Positions 1-6,903 of a stretch of 64,000 nucleotides of DNA are shown piece after piece. Under the pieces are notes generated by a model. That model saw nothing but the letters and a program-made list of their open reading frames with translations. It was not told the DNA's origin and did no database searches. The DNA comes from an uncultured Erysipelotrichaceae bacterium. Lineage in GTDB: Bacteria > Bacillota_I > Bacilli_A > RF39 > UBA660. The position numbers and the translations under genes are program-made. Within the stretch, counting starts at the first letter, position 1; every line of letters begins with the position of its first letter. The DNA lies in assembly GCA_902788735.1 (NCBI GenBank), contig CADALJ010000001.1, forward strand, positions 4,005-68,004. Direction: 5' to 3'.

Positions 1-1037
1 GACAAAAAGGTTGTAATGATATTTATGGAAGAGAGGCTAAAGTATGGAAGTATGTAGATACTGTAATTGATGCTTTAATGGAAAAGTATAATTATAATTA
101 TATTCGTACACCAATATTTGAAGCTACTGAATTATTCCATAGAGGTATGGGCGAAACTACAGATGTCGTTACTAAAGAAAGTTATGACTTTGAAGATAAG
201 GGTGGAAGAAAAATAACACTTCGTCCTGAAGGAACTGCTGGAGTAGTACGTTCATTCATAGAAAATAAAATGTATGGAGATCCTAACCAACCAGTAAAAG
301 TTTACTATAATGGAACAATGTATCGTTATGAAAGACCACAAAGTGGAAGAGATAGAGAATTAACTCAATTTGGTATGGAAATACTAGGTAGTGATGACCC
401 ACTAAGTGATGCAGAAATAATTTCTGCTGCAGTTAATCTATATAAAATGTTAGGTTTAAAAGAAATAAAAGTTAATTTAAATACTTTAGGAGATAATGAA
501 TCAAGAAATAAGTATAGAGAAGAATTAATTAAGTACTTCAAACCACATATAAAAGATTTTTGTGAAGACTGTAGGGAAAGATTAGAAAAGAATCCTCTAA
601 GAATCTTAGATTGTAAAGTAGATAAAGATAATGAAATCTTAAAGAATGCTCCTAAGACATTAGATTATTTAAATGATGAATCAAGAGATAGATTTGAGAA
701 AGTTCAAGAATACTTAGATATTATGCAAATTAAGTATGAAATCAATCCTAATATCGTAAGAGGATTAGATTATTATAATCACACAGTATTCGAAATAGAA
801 GCTAAAGTAGAAGGATTTGGATCTAATAATGTAATAGGTGCAGGAGGTCGTTACAACGGGCTTGTTAACCAATTAGATGGTCCAGAAACACCATGCGTAG
901 GATTTGCTTCAGGTATTGGTAGAATAGTAATGGCACTAGACAGCATACTTAACTCAAGAATTAAGATTAGCAGGTTTCATTGTAGAAACAGAATATACAG
1001 GTCGTGGACTAAAAGGTCAATTCAAACAAGCAGATAG
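1..1037 (+). CDS. hisS: histidine--tRNA ligase, 5'-partial (catalytic core); reading frame breaks near 940
   Basis: Translation from the window edge gives QKG..YIRTPIFEATELFHRG..RPEGTAGVVRSF..YRYERPQSGRDRE..GGRYNGLV..GFASGIGRIVMALD, the class II HisRS motifs. The frame ends at 1037 after an aberrant tail (SILNSRIKISRFHCRNR...). Confidence 0.8.
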   Translation, partial: QKGCNDIYGREAKVWKYVDTVIDALMEKYNYNYIRTPIFEATELFHRGMGETTDVVTKESYDFEDKGGRKITLRPEGTAGVVRSFIENKMYGDPNQPVKVYYNGTMYRYERPQSGRDRELTQFGMEILGSDDPLSDAEIISAAVNLYKMLGLKEIKVNLNTLGDNESRNKYREELIKYFKPHIKDFCEDCRERLEKNPLRILDCKVDKDNEILKNAPKTLDYLNDESRDRFEKVQEYLDIMQIKYEINPNIVRGLDYYNHTVFEIEAKVEGFGSNNVIGAGGRYNGLVNQLDGPETPCVGFASGIGRIVMALDSILNSRIKISRFHCRNRIYRSWTKRSIQTSR

Positions 1038-1356
1038 ATTAAATGCTAAATTTACTTGTATCTTAAATAGTGAAGACTTGAATAATAATGAAGTTAAAAT
1101 CAAAAACAATAAAACAAAAGAAGAAGAAATCATTAGCCTTGATGTATTAATCTATTATTTAGATGAAAAGATTAATGCAGGCGGGGAAGACGAATGTGAC
1201 TGTGGAGAACACTGTCACTGTGATGAAGATTGCGACTGTGGATGTAAGTCAGGTCAATCATGTACTTGCGGATGCGGTGATAAATGTGAATGCGATGATG
1301 ACTGCGACTGTGGATGCAAGTCAGGCCAATCATGTACATGCCATGAAGGGAAGTAA
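940..1356 (+). other. hisS: remainder of HisS anticodon-binding domain in +1 frame (TAYLTQELRLAGFIVETEYTGRGLKGQFKQADRLNAKF..EVKIKNNKTKEEE) fused to 55-aa Cys/Asp-rich tail
   Basis: Hand translation of frame 1 from 940 matches the C-terminal anticodon-binding domain of Bacillus HisS. About 26 aa of the domain start are missing relative to the canonical protein. The tail is GGEDECDCGEHCHCDEDCDCGCKSGQSCTCGCGDKCECDDDCDCGCKSGQSCTCHEGK. Confidence 0.55.
1201..1338 (+). repeat. 78-bp tandem duplication encoding the repeated Cys-rich unit (C-x-C-D-[ED]-D-CDCGCKSGQSCTC)
   Basis: Two near-identical DNA copies: gattgcgactgtggatgtaagtcaggtcaatcatgtacttgc and gactgcgactgtggatgcaagtcaggccaatcatgtacatgc. 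Confidence 0.7.
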
Positions 1357-1360
1357 TAAA

Positions 1361-2674
1361 ATGAATATAAGTGTTAATGAATTAAATAAACATATTGGAG
1401 AAGATTTAGTATTCCAAGGATTTATTGATGCCATTAGAGATAAAAAATGGGTAATGTTTGTAATTCTTAGAGATGCTACAGGAAAAGTACAAATGACCAT
1501 TGAAAAGAGTGAAGAAGCTAATGCATCACTATTAGAAATAATGTCTAATACAAAAGTAGAATCAACTATTAAAGTAACTGGTAAAGTTGTAGAGAATGAA
1601 GCTGTTAAATTAGGTGGTATTGAAATAATCCCAACTAATATTGAAATAACTTCTAAGGCTGAAGACTTACCATTCGATTTTAATAATCTAGATGGTGTTA
1701 ATATTGATACTAGAATGGACTATAGATGGATTGATATGAGAAATCCAAGAAATACTTTAGTAAGACAAGTAGAATCTTGCTTAACTGAAGGTATGAGAGA
1801 ATTCTTATATAAAAATAACTTTACTGAAATACATTCACCTAAATTAATAGGTGCAGCATCTGAGTCTGGCTCTGATGTATTTGAAGTTAAATACTTCGAT
1901 AGAAAAGCATATTTAGCTCAATCTCCACAATTCTATAAACAAATGGCTTTAGCTGGTGGACTTGATAAAGTGTTTGAAGTAGGACCAGTATTCCGTGCAG
2001 AAAACTCTAATACAAATCGTCATGCTACAGAGTTTACTGGATTTGACTTGGAGTTTGCTTATATTAATTCATATGAAGATGTAATGAGTTTAGAAGAAGA
2101 CTTACTTATCGCTGCTTTAACTAAAGTAAAAGAAAAATATGGTGATAAGATTCTTGAAGTATTTGGTAAAGAAGTAATAATCCCAACTAAACCATTTCCA
2201 AGAATTAAATTAAAAGATTTATATGAAAAACTACATGAGAAATATGGATTTGATATTCCTAAAGAAGATGTAGGAGATATGAATGCAGAAGCAGAAAAAT
2301 TAACTTATAAGTTAGCTTTAGAAGAGTATAATTCAGAATTTATGTTTATAGTAGATTATGCAGCTACAAAAAGACCTTTCTATCATATGAGAGATGAGTC
2401 TGGTAAATTACAAGGATATGATCTTATTTGGAGAGGAACAGAAATCACAAGTGGTGCACAACGTGAACACAGATACGAAGAATTATGTAAAAATGCTAAA
2501 GAAAAAGGTTTAGGAAAAGACGTAGAATTCTATCTTCAATTCTTTAAATATGGTTGTCCACCACATGGAGGATTTGGAATAGGTCTAGATAGATTAGTAA
2601 TGTTATTATTAGGATTATCAGGAATAAAAGAAACTCAATTCTTATTCCGTGGACCTAATAGACTTAATCCGTAA
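1361..2674 (+). CDS. aspS: aspartate--tRNA ligase, archaeal/type-2 (short, about 437 aa; likely non-discriminating AspRS)
   Basis: Motifs FRAE, GFDLE and GGFGIGLDRLVM are present with an N-terminal OB fold. ATG at 1361 with GAAGGGA RBS. The ORF-track start at 1163 runs through the hisS tail in another frame and was rejected. Confidence 0.85.
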   Translation: MNISVNELNKHIGEDLVFQGFIDAIRDKKWVMFVILRDATGKVQMTIEKSEEANASLLEIMSNTKVESTIKVTGKVVENEAVKLGGIEIIPTNIEITSKAEDLPFDFNNLDGVNIDTRMDYRWIDMRNPRNTLVRQVESCLTEGMREFLYKNNFTEIHSPKLIGAASESGSDVFEVKYFDRKAYLAQSPQFYKQMALAGGLDKVFEVGPVFRAENSNTNRHATEFTGFDLEFAYINSYEDVMSLEEDLLIAALTKVKEKYGDKILEVFGKEVIIPTKPFPRIKLKDLYEKLHEKYGFDIPKEDVGDMNAEAEKLTYKLALEEYNSEFMFIVDYAATKRPFYHMRDESGKLQGYDLIWRGTEITSGAQREHRYEELCKNAKEKGLGKDVEFYLQFFKYGCPPHGGFGIGLDRLVMLLLGLSGIKETQFLFRGPNRLNP

Positions 2675-2685
2675 ATATATGTAAA

Positions 2686-2721
2686 TAAAGTATAGGTTCA
2701 TCCTATACTTTTTATTTTTTA
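2686..2721 (+). terminator. intrinsic terminator after aspS
   Basis: Hairpin aagtatagg-ttcat-cctatactt followed by a T-run. Confidence 0.6.
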
Positions 2722-2754
2722 TGATATACTATAACTAGTATAGTAGGTGGTATC

Positions 2755-3306
2755 ATGAAAAATAAATTTGATATAGCTAAAGAACTAAAAGAACATGAAA
2801 AAAAATATACAATTATATTAGTTTTAATATTTGTATTTTTAATTCTTTTTACTGGATATTGCATACTGTCAATCGATAATAAAGAATTAAAAAGTATTAA
2901 TAAAAATATAAATTATAGATATTCTTCGTTATCAAGTACATATCAATTAATAACTTTAACTAATAAATCTATATTAACTGATAAAGAGGGATTAAATACT
3001 AATAAAATTACTATTCATATAGAAAATACTACCGATAATAAATATGACTATAAAATAGTATTAAAAAAAGATAATAGAATAACTAAAACATGTGGTTGTA
3101 TAAATAATGTAGATGATTATAAACATATTAAATATTCAGTAGACGGAAATATCTTAACATTAAATTCTGATATGGTAATATACAAAGGATCATTAAAGAG
3201 AAATGAAGAAAAAGATATACAAGTAAATATATGGTTAGATGAAAATACTAATAGTAATTATCACTACCATGGATATTTCAGTATAGAAAAAATAAATCAA
3301 GAATAA
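2755..3306 (+). CDS. hypothetical membrane-anchored protein (one N-terminal TM)
   Basis: ORF with AGGTGG RBS and a hydrophobic segment ILVLIFVFLILFTGYCIL. No recognisable family. Confidence 0.55.
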   Translation: MKNKFDIAKELKEHEKKYTIILVLIFVFLILFTGYCILSIDNKELKSINKNINYRYSSLSSTYQLITLTNKSILTDKEGLNTNKITIHIENTTDNKYDYKIVLKKDNRITKTCGCINNVDDYKHIKYSVDGNILTLNSDMVIYKGSLKRNEEKDIQVNIWLDENTNSNYHYHGYFSIEKINQE

Positions 3307-3317
3307 ATCTTGATTTT

Positions 3318-4070
3318 TTATTTTAAATATTTTTCTAATATCTTATTTGTTAAATAAGGGTAATCTAAATATGAAAAGTGAGTAGAATTTTTATATATAA
3401 TTAATGCTGAATTTTTTATTATTTTATTTAAGTATAAAGCATCTTTTAAAGGAGTATCTAAATCTTTATCTCCCCATATAATTAGTGTTTCGCTACTAAT
3501 CTGTCTATAATATTTTCTTAAATCTTCTTTTATTATATTTTGAAAAGTTTTCTTCATAATAAGTGGTATATTTAAATAATCATTAGAAGAAAACTTTAAT
3601 AATAGCTTATTTTTTGCTTTTTCTTGTATACATTTTGGTAATAGAAAAACTAATTTTTTTAATAATTTGTATAATTTTGTTTTAAAAAATAATTTTATAT
3701 TAAATCTTTTGATTCCAGCAACATCAAAAAGTATTAATTTACTTACTTTCAATTTATATTTACTAATTAGTATAGAAGATATTCTTCCTCCAAATGAATG
3801 AGCTATTATTATTGGATTATTTATTTTATTATCTTTTATAAAATTATATATTAAGAGAGTGTAATCATATATAGTTAATTCCTTATTAGGTATAGGGCTA
3901 CTACCAAAAAATGGATAATCTATAATGTATATTTTATATTTATCTTTTAATAAATTAATTATATTATTAAATGTTTCTCTAGTATTTCCCCAACCAGGTA
4001 ATATTAAAATACTTTTATTACTGTTTCCATAAGTTTCATAATATATAGATATATTTTTATAGTTATACAT
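3318..4070 (-). CDS. alpha/beta-fold hydrolase (esterase/lipase-like)
   Basis: Nucleophile elbow AHSFGG and a typical alpha/beta hydrolase length. Confidence 0.7.
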   Translation of the reverse strand: MYNYKNISIYYETYGNSNKSILILPGWGNTRETFNNIINLLKDKYKIYIIDYPFFGSSPIPNKELTIYDYTLLIYNFIKDNKINNPIIIAHSFGGRISSILISKYKLKVSKLILFDVAGIKRFNIKLFFKTKLYKLLKKLVFLLPKCIQEKAKNKLLLKFSSNDYLNIPLIMKKTFQNIIKEDLRKYYRQISSETLIIWGDKDLDTPLKDALYLNKIIKNSALIIYKNSTHFSYLDYPYLTNKILEKYLK

Positions 4071-4154
4071 ATCTTCACCTATAGTAATTTATGAAAAAAC
4101 TAAATTAGTGTGAAATACTTGTCTAATTATTATTTAGTATAGTATAATAGAATT

Positions 4155-4337
4155 GTCAGAGAGATACGAACAGGCACATACAAAACCGACTATAATAACG
4201 ATACGGGAGTTCGGATCAGTTACCCGTGTTGAATGCCTATCTTGTATAGGAATCCTAAAGGTAGCGTATGGACACCCACCTGGTCATAAGATTAGGTTTT
4301 TATCGTTCGCCCAAGACGGTCTCGCTGACTTTTTTTT
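4155..4337 (+). ncRNA. ssrS: candidate 6S RNA (SsrS-like), about 183 nt
   Basis: TATAAT at 4144-4149. Long terminal helix: 5' GUCAG-GAGA...CGAAC pairs with 3' GUUCG...UCUC-CUGAC, followed by U8. In B. subtilis 6S-1 (bsrA) lies between aspS and yrvM/tcdA; here tcdA is 0.9 kb downstream. No coding potential with an RBS. Confidence 0.45.
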
Positions 4338-4401
4338 ATTGATTTTTAATAGTAGTTATGATATTATAATTTACGCCTATCAAGGTGAAGAGGTGATAGA
4401 T

Positions 4402-5262
4402 ATGTTGATACTACCGATTGTTAATAGAAATCGTGTTATGAACGTTGAAATTAGACTTAGAAATGCAAGAAAAATTAAAACTAACTTCTTCTCAGACAAT
4501 ACTAATGAAAGTGATATTATTGTAAATAGAGAAAAGTTTTCAAATTCAATATTTAAAGATAGTAGGGAAGAAAATGCTCCAACTGATTTCATTAGAGCTA
4601 AATCAATTCTTTATCCAAGAAACTTCTTAGTAACTACAAAAACAAGAACTGATTCAAGTAATTATGATGTATATGAAGTTTCTCAACCTCCAAGAAAAGT
4701 TAATACTTGCTTAGATAAGTTATATGGAAAAGCAATAACTGATTTAAGAAAGAAAATTCCAGGAGTAGAAAATAGAGGAAGATATGTATCATTTGAAAAA
4801 TTAGGAATGGATGAATATCTAACCGATGAAAAAATTGCTAAACTTCAAAGAGTAGTAAAAGAAGAACGTGACCAATCAAAATGGCCTGAAATATTTGAAA
4901 AAGAAGGTATAGCTGACATTGGTAATACCCTAGACTTTATAAATAATTTTGAATGCACAGTAGTAAGTGATACAACTATTCCAGAAGAAAGTATTCAAAA
5001 TACATTAAAATCTTTAGAAATTATAAAAACAAGAGATTATAAAAATTTGAATAATTATTATAAAATGGCAAAAAGAAATGCTGATATATATACAAAAATA
5101 TCTTATATAAATAAGATTATGTATGATGAACCATTAACTTTAATTCAATCAGAAAGACAAAAACAATTAGTCAAAAAGAAGAATGAAGTCCATAAGAAAA
5201 CAGATACAGAAAAACTAATTAGTTTATTAAGTGGAGCTTTAGATGAAAGAAAAGCAGCTTAA
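4402..5262 (+). CDS. hypothetical protein (286 aa), translationally coupled to tcdA
   Basis: GAGGTGA RBS then ATG at 4402. Charged, Lys/Glu-rich, no known motif. The stop overlaps the tcdA start. The ORF-track extension to 4153 covers the ncRNA and was rejected. Confidence 0.55.
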   Translation: MLILPIVNRNRVMNVEIRLRNARKIKTNFFSDNTNESDIIVNREKFSNSIFKDSREENAPTDFIRAKSILYPRNFLVTTKTRTDSSNYDVYEVSQPPRKVNTCLDKLYGKAITDLRKKIPGVENRGRYVSFEKLGMDEYLTDEKIAKLQRVVKEERDQSKWPEIFEKEGIADIGNTLDFINNFECTVVSDTTIPEESIQNTLKSLEIIKTRDYKNLNNYYKMAKRNADIYTKISYINKIMYDEPLTLIQSERQKQLVKKKNEVHKKTDTEKLISLLSGALDERKAA

Positions 5263-5938
5263 GTTTAGTAGATTAGAAAAAGTAATAGGCTCTGATAACT
5301 TAAATAATCTAAATAATAAAACAGTACTTGTGCTAGGAGTAGGAGGAGTAGGAGGCTATGTAGTCGAATCCTTAGCTCGTAGTAACATAGGAACACTTAT
5401 TATAGTAGATTATGATAAAGTAGAAGAATCTAATATAAATAGACAAATAATAGCTCTAAACTCTACTATTGGTAAATCTAAAGTAGATGTGTTAGAGGCG
5501 CGAATTAAAGATATAAATAGTGGTTGTAAAGTAATAAAAATAGATAAGTTTATAGATAATAATAATTTCAATGAATTATTTGATAATCATATAGATTACT
5601 TTGTAGATGCATGTGATACAGTATTAGTCAAAAAATTAGTAATAAAAGAATGTTTAAAAAGAAATATTCCTTTTATTAGCTCTATGGGTACAGGAAATAA
5701 ATTAGATCCAAGTAAACTAGAAATAATAGACATAAGAAAAACAGTTAATGATCCATTAGCCCGTATATTAAGAAAGTTTGTTAAAGATGAAAAAATTAAT
5801 AAAAAGGTTATGGTGTTATCAAGTACTGAACTCCCTATAAAAACAGGTGATAGAACACCAGGATCTACAGCATTTGTACCACCTAGTGCAGGACTTCTAA
5901 TTGCTAGTTACATAGTAAGAAGTTTTATAGATAAATAA
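5243..5938 (+). CDS. tcdA: tRNA threonylcarbamoyladenosine dehydratase (ThiF/MoeB E1-like)
   Basis: Rossmann motif VLVLGVGGVGGYVVESLARSNIGTLIIVDYDKVEESNINRQ, typical of TcdA/CsdL (YrvM). Confidence 0.8.
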   Translation: MKEKQLKFSRLEKVIGSDNLNNLNNKTVLVLGVGGVGGYVVESLARSNIGTLIIVDYDKVEESNINRQIIALNSTIGKSKVDVLEARIKDINSGCKVIKIDKFIDNNNFNELFDNHIDYFVDACDTVLVKKLVIKECLKRNIPFISSMGTGNKLDPSKLEIIDIRKTVNDPLARILRKFVKDEKINKKVMVLSSTELPIKTGDRTPGSTAFVPPSAGLLIASYIVRSFIDK

Positions 5939-5969
5939 AAAGAACTAATTTAATTTAGTTCTTTTATTA

Positions 5970-6587
5970 TTATAATTTTCTATATAATCCAATTACTTTA
6001 CCTAGAATAGTACATTCTTTTAATATAATTGGTTCCATTGTATCATTTTCAGGTTGTAGTCTGAAATAACCATCTTCTTTATAGAATGTTTTAACAGTAG
6101 CTTCGTTGTTTTCATTCATTGCAACAACTGTTTCCCCGTTTCTTGCAGTATTTCTTCTTTCTACTATTAATATATCTCCATCATATATACCAACATTAAT
6201 CATTGATTCACCACTAACTGTTAATGTAAATACATCATTTTTAGTAGTAATTAAATTAGCTGGTAATGAGAATAACTCTTCAGGATTTTCAATAGCTTCT
6301 ATTGGAGTACCTGCAGTTACTTTTCCAAGTAGTGGAACTTCAACTACATCATCCTCTTGTTTTAAATACTCATTAGGTACTAATATTTCTAATGTTCTGT
6401 TTTTATTGTCATCTTTTTTGATATATCCTTTTTCTTCCAACTTTTTTAAATGAAAGTGGATAGTAGCAGGACTTGATAGATGAGCTTCTTCTCCAATTTC
6501 TCTAACAGTAGGTGGATATCCATTCTTAGCAATTAATTTCTTTAATATTTGTAATATAACATTTTGCTTATCTGTAAGTTTTTCCAT
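5970..6587 (-). CDS. lexA: LexA repressor
   Basis: N-terminal winged HTH and a C-terminal S24 peptidase domain with GESM and the catalytic Lys region (ATVKTF). Start MEKLTDK with AAGGAGTG RBS. The ORF-track start at 6620 lacks an RBS. Confidence 0.9.
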   Translation of the reverse strand: MEKLTDKQNVILQILKKLIAKNGYPPTVREIGEEAHLSSPATIHFHLKKLEEKGYIKKDDNKNRTLEILVPNEYLKQEDDVVEVPLLGKVTAGTPIEAIENPEELFSLPANLITTKNDVFTLTVSGESMINVGIYDGDILIVERRNTARNGETVVAMNENNEATVKTFYKEDGYFRLQPENDTMEPIILKECTILGKVIGLYRKL

Positions 6588-6665
6588 AATATCACTCCTT
6601 TGATAAATTAAGTTTAACACACTATGTGTAAAATGTCAAACAAATGTTTTAATTATATATTGACA

Positions 6666-6679
6666 CGAACAAATATTCG
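6666..6679. promoter_or_regulatory. candidate LexA (Cheo) box CGAACAAATATTCG in the lexA divergent promoter region; a second half-palindrome AAACAAATGTTT lies at 6638-6649
   Basis: Near match to the Gram-positive consensus CGAACnnnnGTTCG (one mismatch). It overlaps a TTGACA -35-like hexamer. Confidence 0.5.
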
Positions 6680-6717
6680 TAGTAAGATTGACTTATCAAA
6701 TGAAAGGAGTGGATATT

Positions 6718-6867
6718 ATGAAAAATATTATTAAGAAAGGAATTATTATTATAGGAATTTACTTGGTGTTTGCAGCATACATCCTAATAGCATCAAATAG
6801 AATTGAACGATTAGATAAAAATGATAATACCGAAAAAGTAAATGTTTCATTAAAGTTTAGTGAATAA
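6718..6867 (+). CDS. small membrane protein (49 aa) divergent from lexA; candidate SOS-induced cell-division inhibitor (YneA/SosA-type position)
   Basis: Not in the ORF track. AAAGGAGTGG RBS then ATG at 6718. Single TM GIIIIGIYLVFAAYILIA. Sits just downstream of the LexA box. Confidence 0.45.
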   Translation: MKNIIKKGIIIIGIYLVFAAYILIASNRIERLDKNDNTEKVNVSLKFSE

Positions 6868-6903
6868 TTAAGTTTTATGGTATACTAAATCTAGGTGATT
6901 AAT

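Noticed and set aside
1163-1360. The ORF-track start of the 503-aa ORF at 1163, overlapping the hisS Cys-rich tail.
   Set aside because: The N-terminal 66 aa are an out-of-frame read-through of the hisS tail with no RBS. An ATG at 1361 with GAAGGGA RBS starts the real AspRS (MNISVNELNKH...).
4153-4401. The 5' extension of the 369-aa ORF over the ncRNA region.
   Set aside because: It has no RBS and the region has terminator and helix features of an RNA gene. A GAGGTGA RBS plus ATG at 4402 gives the plausible CDS.
4380-4592. Antisense 70-aa ORF inside the 4402-5262 gene.
   Set aside because: Low-complexity ORF with no RBS, wholly antisense to a better gene. Treated as spurious.
6106-6453. 115-aa ORF on the plus strand inside lexA.
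   Set aside because: Antisense to a confidently identified lexA, no RBS, low complexity.
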